Assembly: GCA_002256145.1 (NCBI GenBank)
Contig: NKIP01000001.1
Span: 130,090 to 194,089, forward strand
Reading direction: 5' to 3'
Origin: Comamonadaceae bacterium PBBC1
GTDB lineage: Bacteria > Pseudomonadota > Gammaproteobacteria > Burkholderiales > Burkholderiaceae_C
Length of the DNA stretch: 64,000 nt
The notes below the pieces were generated by a model. That model was not told where the DNA came from. It worked only from the letters and a program-made list of their open reading frames with translations, and did no database searches. Positions within the stretch are counted from its first letter, which is position 1. Each line of letters opens with the position of its first letter. Below are positions 9,791 through 20,223 of the stretch, in pieces. The translations under genes were made by a program, and so were the position numbers.

Positions 9791-11008
9791 ATGAAACTGG
9801 GTGACGCCCGAAGTGGCAAACTGCCGCAGAACATCGTGGGCTTGGGTCGGGCCTTGCGGCGAGCGGGTGTGCCCATTGACAGCCAAGGCATGGCGCTGGC
9901 CATTGAAGCAGCCAGCATCGTGGGTCTTGAACGAAAAGACGATCTGCACGCAGCACTTGGCACGGTTTTGATCCATCGTCAGCAGGACATGGAGGTCTTT
10001 GACCAATTGTTTTCGGCCTTGTTCAGAAACCCCGAACTGGCCCAGCAACTGTTGGCGCAAATGTTGCCCAAGGTGCGTCAAGGTCAGCCCCCATCACGCA
10101 AAGCCAGGGTGCAAGAAGCCTTGGCTGCCACCCCCAAAAAAGAAGGCGGCCCACGCCAAGAAAGTGAAATCCAACTGGATGCGGCCATGACCGCCAGTGA
10201 CCGCCATCGACTGCAGCATGCCGATTTCGCGACACTGAACGCCAGTGAGTTCCGTCTGATTGAACGCTTGGTTCGCGACATTCCCTTGTCTTTGGCACCG
10301 GTGCCCGGTCGCCGCACACGCGCTGGCACACGCGGCCAACGCCCCCATTGGCCTGCCGCCATGCAGCAAGCAGGTCGCTCAGAGGGAGAATTGTTGTGGC
10401 TGCCTCAACGGGCGCGTCGCCCGCAGGTTTTGCCCTTGCTGGTGCTGGTCGACATCTCGGGATCGATGGAACGCTATGCCCGATTGCTTTTGGCCTTCTT
10501 GCACCAGGCCACCCGGGCCCACCCGCGCTCTGTTTTTGCCTTTGGCACTGACCTGTCGGACCTGCGTCCTGCTTTCAAGCACAAAGACACCGATCGCATG
10601 CTGGAGGAGGCCAACACACGGATCTCTGATTTCGCCGGTGGCACCCGCTTGGGCGCGTCCTTGACCACTTTGCGCGAGCGTCATGCGCGGTGTCTGGTCG
10701 GGCGCAGAACCATGGTGCTGCTCATCAGCGATGGCTTGGACACAGGCGCACCTGAACAATTGCAGTCTGAAGTGCAGTGGCTCAAAAGACATTGCCGCAA
10801 ACTGTTTTGGCTCAATCCCCTCTTGCGCTTTGATGGCTACGCGCCGCTGGCCAGCGGTGCACAAGTCTTGCATCAACACGCAGATGGCATGCTGGCTGTT
10901 CACAATCTCAGCAAACTTGAAGACCTTGCACAAGCCATCAGCAAGCTCATGAAACGTTCAAGCCATTCCCCCATTTCATTTGACAGGAGAAACTCATCAT
11001 GGACATGA
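9791..11008 (+). CDS. coxE: VWA-domain protein (CoxE-like)
   Basis: MIDAS motif DISGSM, GGTRLG, ISDGLD, WLNPLL; follows the MoxR ATPase. Confidence 0.9.
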   Translation: MKLGDARSGKLPQNIVGLGRALRRAGVPIDSQGMALAIEAASIVGLERKDDLHAALGTVLIHRQQDMEVFDQLFSALFRNPELAQQLLAQMLPKVRQGQPPSRKARVQEALAATPKKEGGPRQESEIQLDAAMTASDRHRLQHADFATLNASEFRLIERLVRDIPLSLAPVPGRRTRAGTRGQRPHWPAAMQQAGRSEGELLWLPQRARRPQVLPLLVLVDISGSMERYARLLLAFLHQATRAHPRSVFAFGTDLSDLRPAFKHKDTDRMLEEANTRISDFAGGTRLGASLTTLRERHARCLVGRRTMVLLISDGLDTGAPEQLQSEVQWLKRHCRKLFWLNPLLRFDGYAPLASGAQVLHQHADGMLAVHNLSKLEDLAQAISKLMKRSSHSPISFDRRNSSWT

Positions 11009-11568
11009 CTGGACAACGCACCTTACAAGTGACACAGCAGCAAGCCTGGGAGGCGCTGAATGACCCCGACATACTGAAGGCCTGCATTCCCGGCTGTCAA
11101 AGATTCGAGCCCTCGGGTGATCAAAAATTCGCCGTCGCAGCAGGCATCAAAATGGGTCCGGTCTCGGCCATGTTCAATGGCAGTGTCCAGCTCACGGACA
11201 TCGTGGCCCCCCAAAGTTACAAACTCAACTTCGATGCCCAAGGTGGGGTGGCCGGTTTTGGCAAAGGGGAGTCTTCCGTCGAAATCAAGCCACTGGAAAA
11301 GGGCTGCGAATTGCATTACACCGTGCACTCCTCGGTGGGTGGAAAAATCGCACAGTTGGGCCAACGCTTGATCGATGGCGTGGCCAAAAACATGGCCGAA
11401 GACTTTTTCAAACGGTTTGAAGCTGAACTCGAAAAACGTTACCCGCCCGCCGAAGAACCGGTTCCGCAAGAATCTGCGCCTGCACAGACATCCGCTGGCG
11501 TGCCTGTTTGGATGTGGGCTGCGGGCGCAGCTGTTGCCCTGGCCGTGGTGGTCATGGTGACCCGCTGA
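10999..11568 (+). CDS. coxG: CoxG/SRPBCC protein with C-terminal membrane anchor
   Basis: AWEALNDPDILKACIPGC, VGGKIAQLGQRLID; hydrophobic C-terminus. Confidence 0.9.
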   Translation: MDMTGQRTLQVTQQQAWEALNDPDILKACIPGCQRFEPSGDQKFAVAAGIKMGPVSAMFNGSVQLTDIVAPQSYKLNFDAQGGVAGFGKGESSVEIKPLEKGCELHYTVHSSVGGKIAQLGQRLIDGVAKNMAEDFFKRFEAELEKRYPPAEEPVPQESAPAQTSAGVPVWMWAAGAAVALAVVVMVTR

Positions 11569-11584
11569 TTGACAGCCCCAGACG

Positions 11585-12661
11585 ATGGAAAATCTCGACC
11601 TCACGGTGTTGAACCAGCTGCTGGGCTGGCGTGCACAGGGCCAAAAAGCTTTGTTGGCCACTGTGGTGCGAACATGGGGCTCTTCACCTCGCCCCGTGGG
11701 CTCCATCATGGCGCTTTGTGAAACCGGGTCCGTGGTGGGCTCGGTTTCTGGTGGTTGCATCGAAGACGATCTGATTTATCGCTACAAGCGCATCAGTCAG
11801 CCGACCGCTGCCCATCCCTCAGAAAATCTGACACATGACATCCCAGACAGTCCCCCTGAGCGGGTGACCTACGGTGTCAGCGCTGATGAAGCGCACCGTT
11901 TTGGTTTGCCCTGTGGCGGAACGCTAGAGCTTGTGCTCGAATTCAATCCCGAAGTGGCTGAACTCCAACAACTGGTGGACATGCTCACCCAAGGTCAAAT
12001 GGTGCATCGGCGCACCGACATGTCAACCGGAAAGGTGACCTTGTTGCGGGCGTTGCAACCCCAAGCGTTGAGTGACGATGGCAAGGACCTTTGCAATTGT
12101 TTCGGCCCTGAATACCGCATGTTGCTGATTGGTGCCGGTCAATTGACGGAATACTTGGCGACGATGGCCTTGTTTTGCGGCTTTGCAGTGACGGTCTGTG
12201 ATCCCCGCCAAGAGTACCGCAGTGGCTGGCAGGTGGCCGGGGTGACTCTGCTGTCTGACATGCCCGACGATGTGGTCAAAGCTTTCCACGTCGACAAACG
12301 CACTTGCGTGATTGCTCTGACACACGACCCCAAACTGGATGATCTGGCCTTGTTGGAAGCTTTGAGCTGTGATGCACTGTACGTTGGCGCGATTGGGTCT
12401 CGACGCAACGATGAGGCCAGGCGCTCACGCATGGTTGAACACTTTGATCAAACTCAGGAAAGTCTTGCGCCACTGCGCGGACCGATTGGCATTTTCATTG
12501 GCAGCAAAACACCGCCTGAAATTGCAGTCAGCGTGATGGCGGAAGTGCTGGCCGTGAAAAATGCGGTGCCACTGCCACGCGATATGCAAGTGGGGCCCGC
12601 CAAAGAACAACTGCTGCCCAGCCCTCGATCAGAAGCTGTTTGCTTTTTGCCTGAAAAATAG
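11585..12661 (+). CDS. XdhC/CoxF-family molybdenum cofactor insertion chaperone
   Basis: WGSSPRPVGS, GSVSGGCIE, GLPCGGTLEL, ALTHDPKLD, YVGAIGSRR. Confidence 0.9.
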   Translation: MENLDLTVLNQLLGWRAQGQKALLATVVRTWGSSPRPVGSIMALCETGSVVGSVSGGCIEDDLIYRYKRISQPTAAHPSENLTHDIPDSPPERVTYGVSADEAHRFGLPCGGTLELVLEFNPEVAELQQLVDMLTQGQMVHRRTDMSTGKVTLLRALQPQALSDDGKDLCNCFGPEYRMLLIGAGQLTEYLATMALFCGFAVTVCDPRQEYRSGWQVAGVTLLSDMPDDVVKAFHVDKRTCVIALTHDPKLDDLALLEALSCDALYVGAIGSRRNDEARRSRMVEHFDQTQESLAPLRGPIGIFIGSKTPPEIAVSVMAEVLAVKNAVPLPRDMQVGPAKEQLLPSPRSEAVCFLPEK

Positions 12662-12703
12662 CCTGGTGTTTTGATTTCTTCCTTTCCGGACGAATTCAAA
12701 ACA

Positions 12704-13474
12704 TCACCCTGCAAGCCCGATCACCACCGCATTGGGCTCTAGAGCGGCCATCGCGTTTTGCCGAAGTTTGAGGGGTGACTCGGCATCAGCGAACCCCACC
12801 AGGACCAATCCTGGCGTGAGTTGCAATGAGACCTCTAGCCCTGCAGCACCCGTTCCTCGGCGCACCACTTTGCCACGCAGCAGGTTGACTTCGCCAGCGC
12901 CCACGATGGTGGGTGCCACCGTCACGGCAGTGGCCTTGAACATGGCCAACACCTTCTGCCCGGGTTGAAGACTCAGCAGTTGCAGACTCTCCAGCGTGAT
13001 TTTCGACGTCAATCCTTGCCCATCGGGCAGTTCAAGAACGACGGTTGCTGCGCCTTTTGACGCACGTATGTCCTGAACCTGACACGGCATCTGGTTGCGC
13101 ATGCTGGTTCGAAGGCCCATGCCAGCGATACCGCGCAAATTCAGTCCCAAGCCGTCGGCAGAGCGAACAAATTGGGCGAGCGCATTTTCGCGAGCCGAAC
13201 TCAGCAGGTCAGCGGCCTCCAACACCTGAAGGCCGGCAGGCGTGAGTTTGGCGCCTCCTCCGCCCGAACCGCCCACGGCTTTCTCCACCAGAGGAACCCC
13301 GGCCAGATTACTCAGCGTCTCAAGGGCCTGCCAAGCCGCTTTGTAGCTCACGCCATTGGCTCGTGCAGCCTCAGAGATGGACCCCGCATGGTGCATGGAT
13401 CTCAACACTTCTAGGCGCTTGTCTACAGCAGGGGCTCCCAGGACGTCGTCAAATTGAATTTTTGGAGCAGACAT
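12704..13474 (-). CDS. modE: Molybdate-responsive regulator ModE (HTH plus two TOBE domains)
   Basis: GSISEAARANGVSYKAAWQAL, TSMRNQ TOBE motif; divergent from modABC. Confidence 0.9.
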   Translation of the reverse strand: MSAPKIQFDDVLGAPAVDKRLEVLRSMHHAGSISEAARANGVSYKAAWQALETLSNLAGVPLVEKAVGGSGGGGAKLTPAGLQVLEAADLLSSARENALAQFVRSADGLGLNLRGIAGMGLRTSMRNQMPCQVQDIRASKGAATVVLELPDGQGLTSKITLESLQLLSLQPGQKVLAMFKATAVTVAPTIVGAGEVNLLRGKVVRRGTGAAGLEVSLQLTPGLVLVGFADAESPLKLRQNAMAALEPNAVVIGLAG

Positions 13475-13499
13475 GCTCAGTCCCTCAAGGTGATGGCAC

Positions 13500-15031
<1,532 letters not shown>

Positions 15032-15035
<4 letters not shown>

Positions 15036-16117
15036 CCACTTCACCCCAGCTTCGCATCCAAGTTCAGCTCGACCGCAGCGACTTCGCACTGAAGGTGGAC
15101 CTCACCCTGCCAGTCAACGGCATCACGGTCTTGTTTGGGCCGTCCGGTTCAGGCAAAACCACCCTGTTGCGCTGTGTGGCCGGTTTGGAGAAGGCCCAGG
15201 GTCTCATCTCATTCGGCCATGAAATATGGCAAGACAGTGAAAAACGACTTTTCAAGCCCACCTGGCAGCGTCAAATGGGTTATGTCTTTCAGGAAGCCAG
15301 CCTTTTTGAACACCTGAATGTCAAGCAAAACCTGCACTTTGGTCTGCGCAGGGCTGGTAAAACCAAACAAACGCAGGTTCTTGACGCGGCATTGGAGCTG
15401 CTGGGCATTGGCCACCTACTCGAGCGTGGCGTCACCACGCTGTCAGGCGGTGAGCGTCAGCGTGTGGCGATCGCCAGGGCCTTGGCCACACAACCTCAGC
15501 TGCTCTTGCTGGACGAACCGCTGGCCTCACTGGATGTCGCTCGGCGCAAAGAAGTCTTGCCCTGGCTGGAGAGGTTGCACGCAGAACTGAAGATCCCGAT
15601 GCTGTATGTCACCCACTCGGTGGACGAACTCGCTCGCTTGGCCGATCAAGTGGTCATGCTCGATGGTGGCAACGTCCGATCTTGCGCACCGATGACCGAA
15701 GCCATGGTGTCGCAGGACATGGCCCTGGCCATCGGCGAAGAGGCAGGTATGGTGACCTTGGGCCGGGTCATGGAGCGCAACCCAGAGGACCACATGGCAC
15801 AAATTCAATGGGGTGGCGGAATCCTTTGGGTGCGCGACCAGGGCGTTGCAGTGGGTCAAACCGTTCGTGTCCGCATCCTGGCCCGCGATGTCAGCCTCGC
15901 ACTCTCCAATCACGAGGACTCCACCATACAAAACCGTCTGCAGGGCCTCATCGAATCGATAGATTCAGACGCCCATCCTTCGCAAGTTGTCGTGCGCGTG
16001 CGTTGCGGTCAAGCATTGATTCTTGGACGTGTCACACGCAGATCGCTGCACCACCTGGCGCTTCGACAAGGTGCTTCGGTTTGGTGCCAGGTGAAATCCG
16101 TCGCACTCATTGTCTGA
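15032..16117 (+). CDS. modC: Molybdate ABC transporter ATPase
   Basis: GPSGSGKT, LSGGERQ, LLDEP; C-terminal TOBE domain. Confidence 0.95.
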
Positions 16118-16266
16118 GGCAAAGTCGGGTTCAACCCACACAACGCCGACTCGATGGATGGCCACTGTGTGGTGCACTCCAAGGCGCAAACATGACAGCC
16201 ATGAAACTCTGAACAAGGCAAAGTAGCACCTGACCCTCTCACCGATGCCCACGACCAGGACACGCC

Positions 16267-17460
16267 ATGAACGACACCGCCCTCCTCCCACCTGCCCTAG
16301 AAGCCATCCGTGCGCACGAAGCCGAGATGGTGGACATCCGCCACCAGATCCACGCCAACCCAGAGCTGGGATTTCAAGAAAACGACACCAGTGACCTGGT
16401 GGCCGCACGGCTGGAACGCTGGGGCTGGGAGGTGCACCGGGGTTTGGGTGGCACGGGCGTGGTCGGCACCTTGCGTGCGGGCACCAGCACACGCCGCATC
16501 GGCCTGCGTGCCGACATGGACGCCCTGCCGATTGCCGAAACCTCGGGCAAGGCCTGGGCCAGCAAGGTGTTTGGCAAGATGCACGCCTGTGGCCATGACG
16601 GCCACACCGCCATGCTGCTGTCTGCGGCACGCCATCTGGCGGCCACCCGACACTTCGACGGCATCGTGCACGCCGTGTTCCAGCCCGCCGAAGAGGGCCT
16701 GGGCGGTGCCCGCAAGATGCTCGAAGACGGTTTTCTGGACTTGTTCCCCTGCGATGCCATGTTTGGCATGCACAACGGCCCCGGCATTCCTGAAGGCCAA
16801 TTCATGGCCGTGCCCGGTTGTGCCATGGCCAGCGCAGACACCTGCATCATCACCGTCAAGGGCGTGGGCGGCCATGCAGCCTTTCCGCACAACGCGGTCG
16901 ACCCCATCCTCGTGGGCTCGGCCATGGTCATGGCCTTGCAAAGTGTGGTCTCGCGCAATGTGCCGCCCCTGCAAACCGGCATCATTTCGCTGGGGGCATT
17001 TTTGGCAGGCGACGCACCCAATGTGATCCCGGGCACAGCCGAGCTGCGGCTGAGCGTGCGGGCCATGCAACCCGAAATTCGCGACCTGCTGGAGCGGCGT
17101 ATCCACGAAATCGCCAACGCCGTGGCGCAAACCTATGGTGCAACGGCCGATGTGAACTACATGCGCCGCTACCCGGTCCTCATGAACGACCCTACCCAAA
17201 CCGCCTTCTGTCTGGACCTGGTGCGCGACTGGCTGGGCGAGACTGGTCTGGTGCCCAAGCCCGAGCCCGTGCCCGCCAGTGAAGACTTCGCCTTTTTCCT
17301 GGAAAAGGTGCCCGGCTGCTTCATCAACATCGGCAACGGCGTGGGCAGTGTGGGCGGCTGCATGGTGCACAACGCAGGTTATGACTTCAACGACCGCATC
17401 TTGTCGACCGGTGCCACTTACTGGGTCAAACTGGTGGAGCGCTGGCTGGCCAAGGTGTGA
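16267..17460 (+). CDS. M20D amidohydrolase (hippurate hydrolase-like)
   Basis: RADMDALP, MHACGHDGHT, FQPAEEG, SEDFAF. Confidence 0.9.
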   Translation: MNDTALLPPALEAIRAHEAEMVDIRHQIHANPELGFQENDTSDLVAARLERWGWEVHRGLGGTGVVGTLRAGTSTRRIGLRADMDALPIAETSGKAWASKVFGKMHACGHDGHTAMLLSAARHLAATRHFDGIVHAVFQPAEEGLGGARKMLEDGFLDLFPCDAMFGMHNGPGIPEGQFMAVPGCAMASADTCIITVKGVGGHAAFPHNAVDPILVGSAMVMALQSVVSRNVPPLQTGIISLGAFLAGDAPNVIPGTAELRLSVRAMQPEIRDLLERRIHEIANAVAQTYGATADVNYMRRYPVLMNDPTQTAFCLDLVRDWLGETGLVPKPEPVPASEDFAFFLEKVPGCFINIGNGVGSVGGCMVHNAGYDFNDRILSTGATYWVKLVERWLAKV

Positions 17461-17473
17461 AGCGATCCCACCG

Positions 17474-17552
17474 TCTGCTTCAATTCGCCGCACTGCACAG
17501 CCCGGAACACGCGGCAACGGGGTGCTCGTCCGCCCCCCCTGAACACTGGGGG
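17474..17552 (+). repeat. ~79-bp dispersed repeat, copy 1 (orphan copy of the deaminase leader)
   Basis: Aligns by eye with 20098-20174 (CACTGCACAGCCCGG..ACGCGGCAACG.GGTGCTCG..CCCC.TGAACACTGGGGG). Confidence 0.85.
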
Positions 17553-17593
17553 TCAAGGCGTTTGTAGACTTTGTGGCCGAGGCATTTAAACCT
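17552..17593 (+). pseudogene. LysR C-terminal helix remnant
   Basis: Encodes VKAFVDFVAEAFKP versus VRAFVDFVAEAFRP at the end of the LysR at 2781-3692 (12/14 identical); no upstream part of the gene. Confidence 0.65.
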
Positions 17594-17774
17594 CTTGTCA
17601 TGGGCAAGAACAAGCCAATCCAACCCTGCGTCGCGTCGCGTGAGTTTGAGAAAATTAATCCATTATGGTTAAATTCAAATCCACAGCGGTGCAGATCAAC
17701 AGGATCCATTTGCCGCCATTGAAGTCAATAACCTGCACATGCCTTGTTGGCGTGGCAAGTCAACGCCAAGTGTC

Positions 17775-19997
17775 ATGAGAACGCCTCCTTCTTTTCTGCA
17801 TATTTCAGTGCTTTCTGCGATCGGTGCGCCCCTGCTCGTCATCGCTCAAACCTTGCCCGATGAACGGTCAACGCCGCAGGAGCAGTCAACGGAGACGGTC
17901 ACAGTGTCTGCCCGGCGTGCGATCGAGCAGCGTTTTGATGCGACAGGATCACTGGTGGTGGTGGAGCGCAAAGACATTGCCGCCTTGGGCGCATTTTCTG
18001 TCGTGGATGTGCTGCGGCAGCTGCCGAGTGTGCAAGTCACGCCCAACGGGCAAGGGGGCGTTGAGATTCGCATGCGCGGCATGGAGGCCAGTGCAACGCA
18101 ATTGCTGATTGACGGTCAGCGAGTCAGCAGCGGCAAGAGTTCCCTGCCACTGGACCAGCTGCCCTCTGAGCTGATCGAGCGCATTGAGGTGGTGCGCGCA
18201 CCGACGGCTGAATTTTCTGGGGCCACCGGGGGCACACTGAACATCGTCTTGCGTGCCGCCACCGTGAAGCGCGAAACCACCTTGCAACTGACCGACAACC
18301 ATGTCTGGGGTCAAAATGCGGGGCAGCTGTACTTCTCGCAGTCAGGGCCCTTGGGCACCGACCCCGCTGCCCTCAAAGCCGATGCGGCATCGGACACGCC
18401 ACCCGTCAAACCCTGGACTTACTTTGTCGCGGCCAGCCGCATCGATTACTTGATTGGCTCCGATATCCAGCGACAAACCCTGTCAGATGGGCAGCTCACT
18501 TCGACAACCGATACCGCGGGCCGCTACCGCCGCAGCGAGTCCATGCTGCTTCCCAAGGTGAGTGGGCGCATGGGCGCCAGTGACCAGCTCACCCTGCGCG
18601 CGACCTTGAGCCAGACCGAATTTGACGGCACCGCCCTGGCCTCTGGAAGCCTGTGGCGCGACGGTACGCACTATGCGCTCAACAGCCAAGACATGAACGA
18701 CTACCAGCGCCATTACCTGCAAGTGGCAGCGGACTGGACGCACCGCTTTGACCGCAGCAAGCTCGACACCACACTGCATGGCGCCCGCAGCAACTACCGC
18801 CTGAATCGCCAGGGCATCGTGCAGTCCCAGGGCAGCCCCAATTCCGACTACGCCTTGTCGGACGAGCAGCGCGACAGGCAGTGGACGCTCAAATCCAAAC
18901 TCACAGGCACCGACAGCCCCTTGCTGTGGTCGACCGGGGTGGAGCTGGATACGCTGAGCCTGGACGCATTGACCCAGAACACCGACACCCTGCGTGGTAG
19001 CAAGCGCGTGGAGATGGGCGCAAAGCTGCAACGCCAAATCATCTGGGGGCAAAACGAATGGGCGTTACCGGGCAAAACCACCCTGACGGGCGGTTTACGC
19101 TCCGAAACGATGATCCTGACCAGTGCCGATGCCAGCGTCATCCCTGAGCGGCGCATGCACTTCATCCAACCCTCGCTGCATACACGCACCGCCATTGGCA
19201 ATGACATGCAGTGGCGTTGGAACCTTGCCCGGGTCACACGCAACCCCGCTGTTCGCGATTTGTTTAACCGCACCAGCCCCAGTGTGGGGGGCAACAGCAT
19301 CACCAACCCGGACAACGCAGGCAACCCCGACCTGCGTCCCGAAGTGGCATGGAGTCTGGACACCGGGCTGGACCAACGCCTGAGTGAGCAAGGTCATTTG
19401 GGCTTGAACCTGTTTGTGCGCCAGCTCAGCGACACACTGGCCACCTTGGTGACGCCGATCAATGGCCGCTGGTTACAAACCCGCGCCAATGTGGGCGATG
19501 CGACGGTCTGGGGCTTGGAAGCCGATGTCAAAACGGGACTGGCCTGGGCGGGTTTGGGGCGGGACTGGACGCTGTCGAGCAACGCCAGTGTGTTGCAGTC
19601 GCGGATGACCAGTGGCCCCAGCGAGGGCAACCGCATTCCTGGCCAAGCACGCTACACCGCCAGCGTGAACGTGGCCAAACCCCTGCGCAGCACAGGCGGT
19701 TTGTTTGGTGGCGTCACCTTATCGCTGACGGGACCGACCCAACTCAACACCTCTGCCGGCATCACCGGACGAGACCACGCCCGTGCGGCGCTGGATGTTT
19801 ACATCGGACGCGTGCAGCCGACCTGGGGTTACTGGCGCGTGGGGGTGTACAACATCGGCAACGCCCGCTTTAACCGCGATCGCCACTACGCTGACGGGAC
19901 AGGCGAAGTCTGGCAAGACCGCTCCAGCATGGCACTCACACCCCGGGTGTACCTGTCGGTGGGGACGCGATTTTGTGGCGCGTTCAAGCCTTGTTGA
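17775..19997 (+). CDS. TonB-dependent outer-membrane receptor (plug plus beta-barrel), with a 7-residue extension past the usual terminal Phe
   Basis: Signal peptide, ETVTVSA TonB box, plug motif IERIEVVRAP..GGTLNIV, GNPDLRPE; ends VGTRF-CGAFKPC. Confidence 0.88.
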   Translation: MRTPPSFLHISVLSAIGAPLLVIAQTLPDERSTPQEQSTETVTVSARRAIEQRFDATGSLVVVERKDIAALGAFSVVDVLRQLPSVQVTPNGQGGVEIRMRGMEASATQLLIDGQRVSSGKSSLPLDQLPSELIERIEVVRAPTAEFSGATGGTLNIVLRAATVKRETTLQLTDNHVWGQNAGQLYFSQSGPLGTDPAALKADAASDTPPVKPWTYFVAASRIDYLIGSDIQRQTLSDGQLTSTTDTAGRYRRSESMLLPKVSGRMGASDQLTLRATLSQTEFDGTALASGSLWRDGTHYALNSQDMNDYQRHYLQVAADWTHRFDRSKLDTTLHGARSNYRLNRQGIVQSQGSPNSDYALSDEQRDRQWTLKSKLTGTDSPLLWSTGVELDTLSLDALTQNTDTLRGSKRVEMGAKLQRQIIWGQNEWALPGKTTLTGGLRSETMILTSADASVIPERRMHFIQPSLHTRTAIGNDMQWRWNLARVTRNPAVRDLFNRTSPSVGGNSITNPDNAGNPDLRPEVAWSLDTGLDQRLSEQGHLGLNLFVRQLSDTLATLVTPINGRWLQTRANVGDATVWGLEADVKTGLAWAGLGRDWTLSSNASVLQSRMTSGPSEGNRIPGQARYTASVNVAKPLRSTGGLFGGVTLSLTGPTQLNTSAGITGRDHARAALDVYIGRVQPTWGYWRVGVYNIGNARFNRDRHYADGTGEVWQDRSSMALTPRVYLSVGTRFCGAFKPC

Positions 19998-20097
19998 GTC
20001 AGGTGGGTTTTGCCAAGTGATGGGCTTCAGAAGAATAGGCCCGTTCATCTTCAGGTCTTGCGAAAACGCCAACGCGCCAGCGCTTCACGAACGGGCA

Positions 20098-20174
20098 TCT
20101 GCTTAAAATCGCCCCACTGCACAGCCCGGGACGCGCGGCAACGTGGTGCTCGCCCTCCCCATGAACACTGGGGG
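20098..20174 (+). promoter_or_regulatory. ~79-bp repeat copy 2: -10 box (TAAAAT 20104-20109) and structured 5' leader of the deaminase
   Basis: Repeat of 17474-17552; contains a GCAA-capped hairpin and a CCCCA/UGGGG hairpin; 50 nt upstream of the ATG at 20224. Confidence 0.65.
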
Positions 20175-20223
20175 AAAGGGGATTCGGCCGCGACTTGTTT
20201 CACCCCTTGCCCAGGACAAGTCC

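Noticed and set aside
17663-17674. XerD-arm-like TTATGGTTAAAT (dif/pdif site)
   Set aside because: One extra base versus TTATGTTAAAT and no XerC arm at 6-bp spacing.
20039-20096. GCCCGTTC/GAACGGGC inverted repeat after the TonB receptor
   Set aside because: 8-bp stem with a ~42-nt loop and no U-tract; not supportable as a terminator or element end.
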